A DNA stretch of 64,000 bases from Mobula hypostoma (GCF_963921235.1 NC_086097.1:187242001-187306000), one strand, 5' to 3'; shown: positions 1-13,506, counted from the stretch's first letter. The notes: generated by a model from the sequence alone, not told the origin. Numbers and translations are program-made.

Positions 1-1609
1 AAGCAGCAATGATGAATTGTGGGAAGGCAACTGAATTACCGAAATAGAAGTTTGTCCCTGCAGATAAGCATCTACACATGGTTGCATCCATTAACCGGTT
101 TAACTGCACAACGAAGATATTAATGCCTACATAACCAAACTTAATGATGCCTTCAAGGAAGATTTTAGATTTGGAATTAAGTATGTAAGAAGGTTATTAC
201 ATGTAATTTTGTTAAAATGTTTCATTTTGTGGTTCTTTCTAAGAAGAATTACCACATTAAAGGAGTCTTCAGAACATGTATGGTTTTGTTAAATCCTGTA
301 ATAAATGAAGGTGGAGGAAAACACAGTTTCGGTGATTGAATCCATTAATTTCTAGCTAGTCCTTCAAATCCAGTTTCACTCTATTATTTGTGGTCTTGTG
401 TTACCCTAAATAAATTCATGTTGATAAACTTGGAAGTCTATACTCTGGCCCATATACAGGCTGATTCAGCTGCCAAGTTTGGTACTTCAGTCTAGAGGAA
501 ATAATATTACTAGAGAGAGTATAACTACATTGTCTAAGCTAAATGGTGATGCGTCTAGTTTCTAAAGGTCTGTGAAGCCACCTACATAGCCTGCACTACC
601 TGCATCTATCCAGGATAAGATACTGTGACGTGAGGCAGCTTTTGAGCTGATTCAAATAATGATTAATTTGATCCAGAGGTGCTAGCCCTCCCTGAACCTC
701 CCCCCCCCATACATATAGGGCTTGTCATGTCCATTGTGGGGCAGCCCATTCACCTTTGGACCCCACAGGACACTCAGCTCTCACCTGTGGCTCCAAGTAG
801 CTTGTAGGAGCTATGTATCTGTTCACTATTTGCTTTTTCTTCTGTGTTGCAAGTTTATTTTTACTATGGTAACTGGTCGCATTAGTGGGGGTGTGGTAAA
901 CTTACGTGTTCTTGCTTAGTTTGTGGCAGTTTGTGGCCTGGGATTGGCGGAGGCCATATCTTTGCTGACCACTTAATATCGCTGAAATAACACTTAATAT
1001 CGCTTCAAGATTGCACGTTTGCTAATTTCCAATAAAGGATTGAACTAAGGAATTCAACCCTTTGGAACAATCATTTCACTGGAGATGAGGGTGCATCGTG
1101 CAAGTATAACAACTCCGTGGCTGTCACAGGCTAGTGGCAACTGTTTTAATTTTGGATTAGTTTTGCTGCTGCAGAGCTGTTTATACGTGACAGCAGCCAT
1201 ACCCTGCTACACTGCTTCAACAGGCAGGCTGAACTAGGGGAGGGTAGCCGGCAGCCTCGTACTCTGGTTAGGTAGGGACATGCCTGTCCCAGCACGTAAA
1301 GTCAGGTCTGGCAGACTGGGCGGATGAGAACTGCAGTGAGATCCAACAGCCAGGAAGGTGATACTGCAACACTCTGTGGAAAGCAAAGGGCATGACAAGG
1401 CACAGAAGACATCATGGTCATCCATGGCAACCAAGGAAGACCCCAATTTGTTACGCTTATTCGTTCCACTGGACCTGGATTCCTGAGGTCGAGAGACTGG
1501 AACTACCTCAGTGCCATGGCTTTACCACTTTAAAAGCTCTCTTGCACAGGTTTCCTGTCACTGTTGTTCCCCCCTCCCCCCCCAAAAAAAACCACACTGA
1601 TCTGCTTCT

Positions 1610-2197
1610 TTTTCTTTTGTAATTTATTTTGTTATTGAATTTCATCATCAAACAAATATTTCCATAAGATGTATTTCAGATACTGTGCATATATATCATA
1701 TAATCATATTTGTCACAAATCTCCACATAATATTTATCTGAGGTATACACTTATAGAAAGGAGAGGAGAGAAAGAACAATCAAAAGAAGAAAACTATGTA
1801 CAGAGTAGGGAGTGATTTTTTTTAACAACATATTCATGACTCATGAGAATAAAATCAGGCCTGTGAGGTGCTATGTAGTTAAACCATTTTTTCCAGTATG
1901 AATAAAATTGTTCCAACTTATGATTAACAGATGCTGTTATCTTCTCCATTTTGTAAACGTCCATTGTAATTTCCATCCATACATTTAAATTTGGGCTCTC
2001 CTGTGATAACCATTTCCTGGTAAGGGTCTTTTTACCAGCCACCAGCAGTACATTCATTAAATATTTATCTCTCTTCAACCATTCTTGAGGTATATACCCA
2101 AAATATATGGTCTTACTCTCTAAGGGTATTTCATATTTAAAGATGTCTTGTAGGGCATTGTGTATCCCACTCCAATAGTCCTTGATAACAGGGCATT
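1610..2197 (-). mobile_element. 5'-truncated L1/Tx1-type LINE (ORF2 C-terminus, 3' UTR, A-rich tail)
   Basis: ORF 1794..2078 (LLVAGKKTLTRKWLSQESPNLNVW...MEKITASVNHKLEQFYSYWKKW) resembles L1/Tx1 ORF2 C-termini; T-rich tail at 1610-1640; exact 16-bp TSD ACACTGATCTGCTTCT at 1594-1609 and 2198-2213. Confidence 0.85.
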
Positions 2198-2307
2198 ACA
2201 CTGATCTGCTTCTGATCAGTGCACACTCAACAACGTATTCTGTATATAGGTCATGCAAAGTGCATTCATAGTGTGGAATAATTCAGTAACATGCTTTTAT
2301 TCTGGTT

Positions 2308-2900
2308 TTAAGACCATAAGACTGAGGTGCAGAATTAGGCAAGTCGGCCCATCGAGTATGCTCTGCCCTTCCATCATGGCTGATTTATTATCCCTCTCAG
2401 CCTCATTTTCCTGCCTTCTCCTAGTAACCTTTGACATCCTTAATAATTAAGAATCGATCAACCTCTGCTTTAAATATAGGCAGTCATGTGGTCTCCACAG
2501 CCATCTGCGGCAATGAATTCCACAGATTCAGCATCCTTTGGCAAAAGAAATTCCTTCTCATCTCTGTTTCAAAGAAGCGCCCTTCTATTTTGAGGCTGTG
2601 CCCTCTGGTTCTTTCCTACTTTAGGAAATCTCCTCTCCATATCCATTCTACATTGCTTTTTCAATATTCAATATGTTTCAATGAGATCCCCCCTCATTCT
2701 TTTAAACTCCAACAAGTACAGGCCCAGAGCCATCAAACACTCCTCATATGTTAACCCTGTCATTGCCGGGATCATTCTCATGAACCTTCTCTGCTCCCTC
2801 TCAATGCCAGTACATTCTTTCTTAGATAAGGAGCCCAAAACTGTTGACAGTGCTGTCTGATCAACGCGTGATAAAACCTCAGCATTACATCCTCTCGAAA
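2308..2900 (-). mobile_element. CR1 LINE 3' fragment
   Basis: TAAGACCA tail unit and 3' UTR, followed by degenerate ORF2 C-terminal coding sequence similar to 36790-37300. Confidence 0.85.
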
Positions 2901-4735
2901 TGAGACCTACTAAGAACTTCCCTTGGGAAGGTGGTGATTTTCCACCTTCTTGAACTGTTGTATTGATTTTGATATACTGTAGATCTCATCTCAATGTTAT
3001 TAGAGAAGGAGATCCAGGTTGACCCCAGCATGATGAAAAACCAGTAGTGTACACTACCTCCTGATCATGATGGTGAGGGGCCCAGAGAAACAATTGTCAC
3101 TCTATGTTTTTCACACTTTTGATGGTCACTCATGAGGCTGTTTCCAACTATAGTTTCTTCTTGTCACTGGGAAGACTTAACTATATTTTGAGGAATAAAG
3201 TACGCTAAAGGTCATTATTATGAATCTGTCCAGGCATTACTGAAAGCTTGTTCAGCTTTGCTCAGTTGCTGTTGCATTTTTGCCTCTCTTGTTTGTGTGA
3301 ATATCTCCAATATTCAACAAATGGCGGGCTTGTGGTATGCTTTTAAATAGTGGAGGTGAAGTTACCTAGTTGGTTAGAAAGCACCCAGATACTCTACCAA
3401 TGCTGAAGCTGAGCTAAAGCTGCTCCAGCAAATGTGTTGCAGAGAATTTCGATTGGCTGCTCACTGGGCCACCACTGGGACATCACATAGATGATTATCT
3501 CCATACAGTGCAGCATTACAGAAACATTCGTGTGTTTATCCTATCACTGTACAAAATATGGTTCACAACAGATAGCAATGAATATTTTTTTATTATACAC
3601 AGTGCATAATTGACTCAGATTAAAAAATTCTTTAACGTTATGTATTTGAATGTACAGACTTGTCAAAGGACTGTATAAAATTATCAAGATAATCATAATT
3701 TTTTAATATTGAAAATATTAAATATATATTTTGTCAGTAATCATAATAGCATGCTGTAGATTATAATATCTGTTAGATTTAAAATTTAATTACATTAGTG
3801 ACAGCATTTATAGTGAAGTACATTCCAATTTTTAAATCAGTTTACTATTCACTGTTTCATCCTTTTAGAACTCTCTCTGTAGCGGTAACCATGTATTAAT
3901 TAACCAAGCAGTGATTTGGCATTATAGGTGATTTATGATATTAAAAGTACACAAATGTATTGCCTTTGCTCAGCTCAGCCAAATTCAAAGTGGTTTTCTT
4001 TAATCTCCATTTACAGGAATTTCACTTGAGTAAAGGCTAATATTTATGGCTTTCTGCCTAGTGTGGTTGTCCTGTATTGGTCTACTTGGAGTTGGCATGA
4101 AACAGCCTTTCTTTTATTGATTATTTAAGCAAAGCTGTCAACTCCAACTATGAAAAGCAACGTGGCAGCTATACTTTACAGATATCCATCTGCACACAGA
4201 CAGTGTACAAAGACAATGCGTGTCCTTCAGAATATTCACTGTTATCATTTGATTTCCCAGAAATTTTATTGTAATCAGAATCCCAAAATGTTATCCTTGA
4301 ATGCAAAACACTCTCGTTGAAGGGCAGTATTTTCTATAAGTAACTGCACCTCCTTGCTGAATCAATTCTGCATAGAAATTAGGACATCATTTCCATTCAG
4401 ACTCAAAAATGGGCATAGGGAGCGAAATGCATAATTAACCCTCACTAGTTCAACATAATGCATGCGATGCATCAACTTCATGTGGCCTTATGCCTTTAGC
4501 AAACATTAGTGGAACTGTTCATTGGCCGATGTGTCAGCAGAGGAACCAACATAATTTACTTGTCAACTTTCCTTAAAGCTGTCCTGCACTATAAGGCTTA
4601 ATTGAACCTCATCAAAGAAAGTTGTGAATGTTGACAGTGCTGAGCTCATTGGAAATAGTGTATTGCAAAAATTAACAAAGGCTTTTTAATGGAAAGAGTG
4701 AGAACTAGCAGGCTCCAAAGCTCCAGTGGAAGTCG

Positions 4736-4881
4736 TAAGACCATAAGATATAGGAGCAGAAATAGGCCATTTAGCCCACTGAGTCTGCTCCACCATTTCA
4801 TAATGCCTGATCCAATTTTTCTCTCAGCCCCAATCTCCTGCCTTCTCCCTATATCCCTTCATGCCCTGACCAATCAAGAAT
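4736..4881 (-). mobile_element. CR1 3' UTR/tail fragment
   Basis: TAAGACCATAAGATATAGGAGCAGAAATAGGCCATT..., similar to 2308-2460. Confidence 0.75.
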
Positions 4882-4999
4882 CTACTGGTGTCATGGAGAC
4901 ACCAATGAAAAGTTGAATAGAAAGTATGGGAAGGATTAAGCAGAGTCAGCAAAACTTATGAAAAAGAAATCACATTTGACTAATTTATTGAATTTCTTT

Positions 5000-5672
5000 T
5001 GAGTGGTGCCACAACAGCAACCTCTCACTCAATGTCAGCAAGACCAAGGAGCTGATTATTGATTACAGTACATGAAAACTGGAAGTCTGTTAGCTAGTTC
5101 TCATTGGGGGGATCAAAGGTGGACGGTATCAGAAACCTTAAATTCTTCTCTGTTATCATTTCAGAGCACCTGTCCTGGGTCTAGCATGTAAGTGCCCTTA
5201 CAAAGAAAGCACAGCAGCACTTCTACTTTCTTAGCAGTCTGAAAAAAATTGGCATGTCACCTAAAACTTTGACAAACTTGTATAGATGTGTGGTGGAGAG
5301 TACTGTTTGATGACTGGCTGCATCAGGGTCTGGTATGGAAACACCAATGACCTTGAATGGAAAAGCCTACAAAACATTCTGTATCCAGCCCTGTCCATCA
5401 ATGGTAAAGCTCTCCCCACCACTGAGCACATCTACCCGGAGAGCTGTCACAGGAAAGCAGCATCCATCATCAAGGACCCCCAACATCCAGGCCATGCCAT
5501 CAGGAAGGAGATAAAGAAGCCCCAGGACCCACACCACTAGTTTCAGAAATAGTTATTACCCCTGAACCTACGGGGATTAGATCAGAAGGGACAACTTCAC
5601 TCACCCGAACATTGAACTGTTTCCACAACTCACGGACACACTTTCTTTATCATATGTTCTTGATATTTAATG

Positions 5673-5723
<51 letters not shown>

Positions 5724-5823
5724 TTATTTATTTATTTATTTCTACTTGCTGTGAATGTCCACAAGAAAGTGAATCTTAGGGTTGTATATGGTGGCATGTT
5801 AATACATTTATTTTGAACTTTTA
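5000..5823 (+). mobile_element. Rex1/Babar-type non-LTR retrotransposon, 3' part, degenerate
   Basis: Encodes WCHNSNLSLNVSKTKELIID and SCHRKAASIIKDPQHPGH-like motifs; ends in TTTGAAC; collinear with 56720-57568. Confidence 0.8.
5675..5741. repeat. (TA)n followed by (TTTA)n microsatellite
   Basis: Directly visible. Confidence 0.98.
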
Positions 5824-6143
5824 ATTTTGCAATTGGACTTTCCTGATGTCTGTTCTGAATGGACATCCCTCTATTCTGAGGCTGTGCCCTTTGGTCATAG
5901 ACTCCCCCACTATAGGAAGCACCCTCTCCACATCCTAGGCCTAAACCTTTCAATATTTGATAGATTTCAATGAGATCCCCTTCTTTATTATAAACTCCTG
6001 CAAGTACAGGCCCAGAGCTATTAAACATGCCTCATACATTAACCCAAACACGAGGAAATCTGCAGATGCTGGCAATTCAAGCAACACACATAAAAATTGC
6101 TGGTGAACACAGCAGGCCAGGCAGCTTCTATAGGGAGAGGTAC

Positions 6144-6179
6144 AGTCAACGTTTCGGGCCAAGACCCTTCGTCAGGACT
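6144..6179 (-). ncRNA. Minimal type I hammerhead ribozyme motif (GUU triplet variant)
   Basis: Minus strand AGTC-CTGACGA-AGGGTCTTGGCCC-GAAA-CG-TT-GACT: core CUGANGA/GAAA, stem I AGTC/GACT, stem II GGG/CCC. Confidence 0.75.
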
Positions 6180-6485
6180 AACTGAAAGAAGAGATAGTAA
6201 GAGATTTGTAAGTGGGAGGGGGAGGGGAAGATCCGAAATGATAGGAGAAAACAGAAGGGGGAAGGATGGAGCCAAGAGCTGGACAGGTGATTGGCAAAAG
6301 GGATATGAGAGGATCATGGGACGGGAGGCCTAGGGAGAAAGAAAGGGGGAGAGGGGAAGCCCAGAGGATGGGCAAGTATAGTGAGAGAGATAGAGGGAGA
6401 AAAGGGAGAGAGAGAGAGAAAAAAAAGGGAAAAAAAAATAAATAAATAGATAAATAATGGATAGGGTACGAAGGGGAGTGGGGCA

Positions 6486-6788
6486 TTAACAAAAGTTAGA
6501 GAGGTCAATGTTCATGCCATCAGGTTGGAGGCTACCCAGACGAAATATAAGGTGTTGTTCCTCTAACCTGAGTGTGGCTTCATCTTGACAGTAGAGAAGG
6601 CTGTGGATAGACGTATCAGAATGGGAATGGGATGTGGAATTAAAATGTGTGGCCACTGGGAGATCCTGCTTTCTCTGGCAGACAGAGCGTAGGTGTTCAG
6701 CGAAACGGTCTTCCAGCCTGCGTCGGGTCTCGCCAATATATAGAAGGCCGCATCGGGAACACCGAACACAGTATATCACCCCAGTCAA
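6486..6788 (-). CDS. GIY-YIG endonuclease domain (C-terminus of Penelope-like ORF, 5'-truncated)
   Basis: GVIYCVRCSRCGLLYIGETRRRLEDRFAEH...VATHF...RLEEQHLIFRLGSLQPDGMN. Confidence 0.9.
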   Translation of the reverse strand: MTGVIYCVRCSRCGLLYIGETRRRLEDRFAEHLRSVCQRKQDLPVATHFNSTSHSHSDTSIHSLLYCQDEATLRLEEQHLIFRLGSLQPDGMNIDLSNFC

Positions 6789-6964
6789 CTCACAGGTGAA
6801 GTATTAACCCTTTCATTCCCAGAATCACTCCTATGAACCGCCTCAGGACCCTCTCCAATGCCAACACATCTTTTCTTAGATACGACCAAAACTGCTCACT
6901 ATACTCCAAGTACATCTGACCAATGCCTTATAAAGCCTCAGCATTACATCCTTGCTTTTATATT

Positions 6965-7132
6965 GTGTTGTTGTTGAGTGCCATTGAGGCATCATTGACT
7001 CATGGCAACCCTATTGATAGTGTAGTTATCTATCAGGTTTTTGTGGCAAAATATGGAAGTAGATTGCCAGGCCTTTCTTCCACGCAGATACTGCTCCTGC
7101 CCAGGTTGGGACCTGGCCAAATTCAAACCCAA
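6965..7132. mobile_element. Short insertion in CR1, possibly an RTE-related SINE fragment
   Basis: Interrupts collinear CR1 sequence; begins (TGT)n-GAGTGCC...ACTCATGGCAACCC, resembling RTE-associated SINE ends (recollection, not searched). Confidence 0.4.
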
Positions 7133-8184
7133 GAGAAATCTTCTCAAAATGAATGCTAACATTGCATTTGCCTTACTCACCACTGACTTAATCTGCAAGT
7201 TAGCCTTTAGGAAATTCTGCACAAGGACTCCCAAGTCCTTTTGCACTTCTGAGTTTTGAATTTTCTCCCTAACTAGAAAGTAGTTTAAGCTTTTATCCCT
7301 TCTACCAAAGTGCACAACTATACACTCCCCTACACTATATTCCATTTTCCACTTCTTTGCCTATTCTCCCAATCTGTCCAAATCCTTTTGCAGACTCCCT
7401 GCTTCCTCAAAACTATCTTCCCCGGCATCTGTATCCATATAATCTGCAACCTGGCAACAAAACCATTAATTCCGTCATGCAGGTAAGATTTTCCCTTCAG
7501 AAAATCATGCTGACTTCGGCATATTTTATTAATGTATGTGCTTCCAAGTACCCCAAAACCTCATCCTTAATAATGGGCTCCAAAATCTTGCCAATCACTG
7601 AAGTCAGGCTAACAAACCTATAATTTTCTTTTTTCTTCCTCCATCCCTTCTTAAAGAGTAGTGTGACATTTGGAATTTTCTAGTCCTCTGGATCTATTCC
7701 AGAATCTACTGATTCTTGAATGATCACTAATAATTCCTTTATAATCTCTTTAGCTACCTCTTTCACAACCTTTGGATGTAGTCTATCAGGTCCAGGTGAC
7801 TTTTCCGCCTTCAGCCCTTTCAGCTTCCCAAGCATCTTTTCCTAAGTGACTACACTCACTTCTGCTTCCTGACACTTAAATTTCTGGTATAGTGCTGGTG
7901 TCTTCCACAGTGAAAACTGATGCAAAATACTTAATAAGTTCATCTGCCATTTCTTTGTCCCCCATTGCTACCCCTCCAGCATCATTTTCGAATGGTCCAA
8001 TATCCACTCTTGCCTCTCTTTTATTCTTTATATACCTTAGTAAATAAACTTTCCAACTATAAATACATTAGTTGCTTGATATACTAAGTGATATTATCTA
8101 TCTGATCTCGAAGCTTCCTTGAACTAAGCAACCTAGCCTGCTTGTCTGATTTGAAACAAGTCAAATTTAAAAAATATAGTCATC

Positions 8185-8812
8185 CCTATATTTTCACAGT
8201 TTCTGAAAGATCGCCAGGATCCTGACAAAATACTGAATCAATAGCATCCACAAACCCGCAAGGAAATTCAAATCCTAGCTTATGCAGGTCAAAGATTACC
8301 TGGGACTCAGGACAGCTGGCATTTACAGGATTCTCTATGAATGTGGAGCAGCTTATATCAGCCAGATGGGGTGTGCGATAGAAGCCCACATCAAGTAGCA
8401 TAGGACATGTATCTGTTTGGTTTACCCAGAGGAGTTGGCAGTAGCAAAACATTGTATTCCCAATGACCATAGGAATAACTTCAATGGCTCAAAATTACTG
8501 TCCCACATCAGTGTCTTTTGGCACCATCTGGTGAAGGAAGCCATTGGAATAAGACTAGAGAATCAGAATTTTAATAAAGATGAAAGTGTCAGTCTAAGTA
8601 AGAACTAGAATTTAATTGTAAACAAGGTGGGACAAAGGAAACCTGATTGATTGGGGACTAACCATTCAGGAGGGACGGATGACAGGGTATATATACCATT
8701 GGACTAGATGTGCCTGCAGATCATTCCTGATGAGGGTAGTGGAGTTTTTCATTGAAACATTGGTTAAAATTGATACCTGTACCTGGCTGGAAGTCCTAGA
8801 AGGGTTTATTCG
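8185..8812 (+). mobile_element. Penelope-like element (second, Poseidon-type family), degenerate GIY-YIG plus pseudo-LTR
   Basis: Translates IARILTKY*INSIHKP...AGIYRILYECGAAYISQMG...HIK*HR...LAVAKHC...LVKEAIGIRLENQNFNKDE; 3' part matches the reverse complement of 43095-43247. Confidence 0.85.
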
Positions 8813-9130
8813 AAATAAGCCAAATTAAGTAACCCATTGTTTTATACTGCACCTTTTGTGAAGCAATAAATCAGGTGTAGTGACCAACAACCTACTTTCT
8901 ACAGACAGAGCTTGTTTGCAAAGCTGCGTTTTTAACTTTAAGCTGATTACTGCTTTTCATTTACTTTTTAAGAACTGAAGATTGACTCCTTTTTACGACC
9001 AGAAGTGAAACAAAACATATAATTGGAAGTTTAATTTTCACTGTTTGATCTTACATGTGACAGTTTCTGTGTTTAGAAAGCTGAGTTTGGCAAAATCATG
9101 AGAGGCCCACTAACCCAGGAAACAAATATC

Positions 9131-9277
9131 CAAACAAGAGAAAATCTGCAGATGCTGGAAATAAAAGCAACACACACAAAATGCTGGAGGAACTCAACAG
9201 GCCAGGCAGTGATTATGGATGAGAAAGTCCTGCTGAGGGTCTCGGCCCCAAACGTCGACTGTACATTTTCTCATAGA
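9131..9277. mobile_element. Penelope pseudo-LTR remnant (partly inverted) with degenerate hammerhead
   Basis: Same AAAATCTGCAGATGCTGG...CAGGCCAGGCAG segment as 6046 and 19103, followed by opposite-orientation AGTCCTGCTGAGGGTCTCGGCCCCAAACGTCGACT at 9226-9260. Confidence 0.8.
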
Positions 9278-9619
9278 TCCATTGCAGTTCCACATATGTT
9301 TGTTATTGGTAACAATCTAGGCAATTAGGAGTAGGGAAAATGGTATAAATTATATAGTGCCATTGTGAGATGGCAACAGGAATATTGCTCACTTCAAAAA
9401 GGGAAAATATTGAATTTTTGTGAGTCTGTTCTTCATTTGGAGGGTTTGCTATATAAGAAGAAACTAATGAGATTAGGCTTGTATTTTCTGGACTTCAGTG
9501 AGAAGATTTCATTGAAACTGCCAAATCATTATAATTTATTACATCAATACATTTATAGAAACATCATATTCCAGCCTCAAGTACAAAAAATTCAGCAGCA
9601 CCCAGTATCAAAGTGTTGA

Positions 9620-10560
9620 ATTGGAAATAATTTATTATTGTCACCTGAACCAACCCATGGTGAAAAACTTTGTTTTGAGAGCCACCATAGAGATCTTTTC
9701 CAAGCACAAGTACAATTAGGTAGTACAGGGAAAATCAACAACAGAATGCAGAAGATAGTCCTAGAGTTACCAGAGAAAGTGCAGTTCATGTAGGCAATAA
9801 GGTGCAAGGCCCATACAAGGCAGATTGTGAGGCCAATTTATGAGGCATCCATTCAAGCACTTTATAACAGTATAATAGAAGCTGTCCTTGAGTCTGACAT
9901 TGCATTTTCCAAGCCTTTGTATCTTCTTCTCAATGGGAGGGGGGAGAATAGTGAATTCTTAGGATGGGAGGGGTTTTTGACTGGACTGGATGAGGCAGCA
10001 AGGTATAAACTGAGTCTGTGGATGGAAATGTGTTTTTGAGATGGAGTAACTTGTGTTCAATTCTGAAATTTCTTGTGGTCTGTGAGCAGAGCAGTTGCCA
10101 TCCCAAAATATGATGCATGCGGGTAGGATGCTTTCAATGATGCATCCACAAAAAATGGTGTGGGTCAACAGGGGCACATTAAATTTCCTTTGCCTTCTGA
10201 GATAGCAAAGGCACTAGTGTGCTTTCTTTGCCAAAGTGTCTACCTGGTTGGAGTAGGACAAGCTATCGGTGATGTTTGCATGTAAGAACTTATGTGTCTC
10301 AACCATCTCCACCTCAGCACCATTAATACCGATGGGTGTATGTAGTCAGTCTGCTTCTGAAGTCAATAAATAATTGTTTTGCTGAGGGAATTGGTTGTTT
10401 CCTTGCTGAGGGAATTGGTTGTTGCCTTGACACATGGGACTTGGTTCTGTCTCCTTCCTGTGCTCACCTCATCTTGTTTGAAATCTGACACCACCTTAGT
10501 GCAGTAGATCTCAAATAATGATGAGATGAGTACAGGAAGGAGACTGAACTTATAGCTGGG
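9620..10560 (-). mobile_element. Rex1/Babar-type non-LTR fragment, old
   Basis: ORF 9959..10177 FCGCIIESILPACIIFWDGNCSA matches the FYRxxIESILTxCIxxWYGN motif of the other Rex-like copies. Confidence 0.7.
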
Positions 10561-13506
10561 CACCTAGATGGCTTTCATCATTTTGGATAACTATTGCAAA
10601 GGGGCTCGCAGTATATCAGTTCCTCCGTTACAATTACTAGAACAGCTAAGGGGCTGCACTGCTGGAATGGTACTGTCCACGAAGCATAAACCTGTATGGT
10701 TTCTCAGGGTGTCATATTCAGAGCTTCCATTGTTGCCATGTTACTTTGCTGATGACTGCTTCTGAAACATCCTGTTACTGCTGCTGTCCATGTTGAATTG
10801 GTACAGTCAAAAGCAGGACATTCCAGGATCAGAGTTGATTGACTGCAGACTATCTGCAGATTTTCCCGTTGAAAGTTAGTAATCCTCCACTAGCCATGCT
10901 TCTGCTGCTGGCCTAGTACATTTATGTGAGTACTAGGCCTGACAATGACATATGGAGGCAAACAGTAAGAATATTCTAAGATTTTCATCAAGTGCTAACA
11001 TATATCTACACCTATTTCTAGAGGTAGTAGCACCCTACCAAATTGGCCATTTTGTATTTCTGCATTGGAGAATGAGAATCAATGAATTTTTGATGGTAAG
11101 AAAGTTATGACAAATGGCCACTTTATATTTGTAGTCAGAACTCAGAATCAGTGATGGACTAGCCAGCGTTAGTGATGCCTTTAAGAATAGGCCCCCTGCT
11201 TTGCACCTGGTTAAGTCATGTTGGGTTCTGAAAGCATTCATATAAACCAATTACAGAGTTGATGAAAGGATCAACACTGGAATCAATTTGTTAAAAGTTC
11301 TTCCAACTTTGCCCCGTCAGTAAAATGAAAACTACAGAATATCAGTTGAAAATATAGGGAATATGACAAAGCATAATGATGTTTCTCTGGGGCATCATCC
11401 GTATTTCAATAATGGTAATAATTTTTGGGTAAAGAGAAGAGACGTGCTCTTTGCTAACTCTGAGTTTAACTTCCCTACTCTATTTCCTGATAAATTGTTT
11501 AATATGCAACACAGCTCATTCATTTAATTACCATCACCAACATAATGTATTTAGCCTTTAATTGTGAAAGCTGCACCATTTGATTGCAAGCCTCGTTGGT
11601 CTGTTGTAACTATACAATCGGAAAAACAGCGACAAAACCTATAAAACATATATTAATTTGCTTCATGAAAAATAGCAGTACAAGTACAGTTTAAATATAT
11701 TTATAATGGAAAATGAACAGAGACTCCAAATATAATAATATTTATTCTAATAGAATTGTAGACTAGAATGTTTATACTATTTTGCATGGCACAAGCAGCT
11801 GAATGCAAGGGGTGATGAGAACTTAAACTGTTGGCAGTTACAATGATGGATTATCCAAGGAAGTGTTAAAACTAAATATGGCTATGATGTTTCCTATGTG
11901 TGCAATCACAACTTGTCACAGCAGAAAAAGGTATTGCAGACAAAAATGTACATGCAAGGAAAGTAATCATGCAATTGAATTTTGCCTCCTTTTTATTTTT
12001 GTAGTGTTTAATCATGTGAGAAATTCATTTGTGATGGAATTATCTTATAGGTGACTGGTGGACTTTGGAACTTAGAAAACAACACATAAATCATTCAGTC
12101 TATTACAGATGAACTCAGTAAACAAACTTAGTATGAATGATTGATTCTGTCCAATATGAACTGAACTGAGTTTGTGACACAGATAAAAATGAGCAAAAAC
12201 AGAATATATATGCAGTCAGTCAGAGAGGATCTGTGAAGAAACATTTAAGTCAAACGTCTTACCTCGAAACCCAGAGCTGTCTTTCTGTATAATCTGTGAC
12301 AGATGCTAGTGCACAGTATCATTTACATTGCTGGGTTTTATTAGATATGCTGTTCAAAGCTGACAAATAATCGATACGTCAACATGGGAATTCCATTTTT
12401 ATTAAGAAACAAGTCTGCAGAAAGTATGCATGATACTTGCCAATTGAATTTTATGATCAAAACTAGAGGACATAGATGTTCAAAGTATACAACTATGTGT
12501 AAGCAGAAGAATAGTTTTTTACATAATAATAGAAAATACACATTCTGAATTGTAATTTTTTGCTATAAGACACTAAAGCTTTCACTTTACAATATATGAA
12601 TTAGTAACATTTCTGAGTGCAGAGCAGCGCTGCTCCTGCATTGAAGATAAGCATTGGTGATGAATAGTTTAGTGGAGGCTCAATCAACATGCAGTCTTAC
12701 ACTGGACCTTATTTTCAGAGACTTAGGCAAACATCTCAAGTGAAAGTATATTGATATTATGAAGTTTTCTTTATATAAATTATCATGGGTTGCAGATGTA
12801 GCTGCCAATGCTGATATTTCATGCCTGCCTCATTTGCTCCTAATCGGGTGAGACGGTAAAGAAATAACCATGGGTGAATTTGGAGTCACAAAGTATTTTT
12901 TTCCTTGAAATATGTAACTGAGCCTGGTGAATTGTAATTATAATTTGATAACTGCATACAATGACATTTTTTCACAACATTCCAGAGCTTTTATTTAAAA
13001 AATGAATCTCCCATTTGTTACTCAGTGAGATTTACACTGTCTGAGTGTAAATCCAATAATTTAATCACTATACCAACTTTGCAGACACTTACCCTTGGAG
13101 GCAGACGGCTGGAAAAGCACTATTTGTATTGCAACTTTGAATATACCAGGAAATAGCAAAAAGTTTCACAGCCAGTTAAGGGCTCATTGAAGTGTTGGTT
13201 CTGTCGTAATGTTGCAAAGACAGAGGTTTATACTTGGACCATTTAGATTTGCCTGGAATTGTAGGAGATTTGTGAGAATGTAATGAGGAAGTACCCATAC
13301 CTGAGCAAGGGTCTGTACTATATATCATCCAATCCACCTTTCTACCTCTTGTCTTTCTTCACTTACGAAGTTTGAAGGCTCAATATATGACCACAAGGTA
13401 CAGAACCAACATCAACCACTATTCATGTTGATCTCTATATGACAGCAGATCCTTGTTTTCAGATATCATGCTTTTCCCAGTAACTCCCTTGGTATCAAGA
13501 GTTGCT

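Larger units (their letters stand above)
6046..6802 (-). mobile_element. Penelope-like element (Neptune-type), 5'-truncated: GIY-YIG endonuclease plus pseudo-LTR
   Basis: GIY-YIG ORF 6486..6788; hammerhead motif 6144-6179; 8-bp TSD ATTAACCC at 6038-6045 and 6803-6810 inside a CR1. Confidence 0.92.
5846..8032 (-). mobile_element. CR1 ORF2 fragment, degenerate and internally deleted, with two nested insertions
   Basis: ORF 6992..7345 contains VVHFGRRDKSLNYFL...EVQKDLGVLV...VVSKANAMLAFI; collinear with the intact ORF2 at 36804-39836. Confidence 0.85.

Noticed and set aside
64..180. AG...GTATGT-bounded candidate exon
   Set aside because: Stop codons in all three frames.
720..1570. Possible RTE-like 5' UTR pieces
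   Set aside because: Repeat-like, but no coding motif, tail or TSD to support a call.
10745..10775. CTGATGA...GAAACATC hammerhead-like string
   Set aside because: No stem II or stem I pairing and no Penelope context; probably chance.
10910..10939. GGCCTAGTAC...GTACTAGGCC 10-bp hairpin (similar one near 13029-13053)
   Set aside because: Short enough to be incidental; no supporting context.
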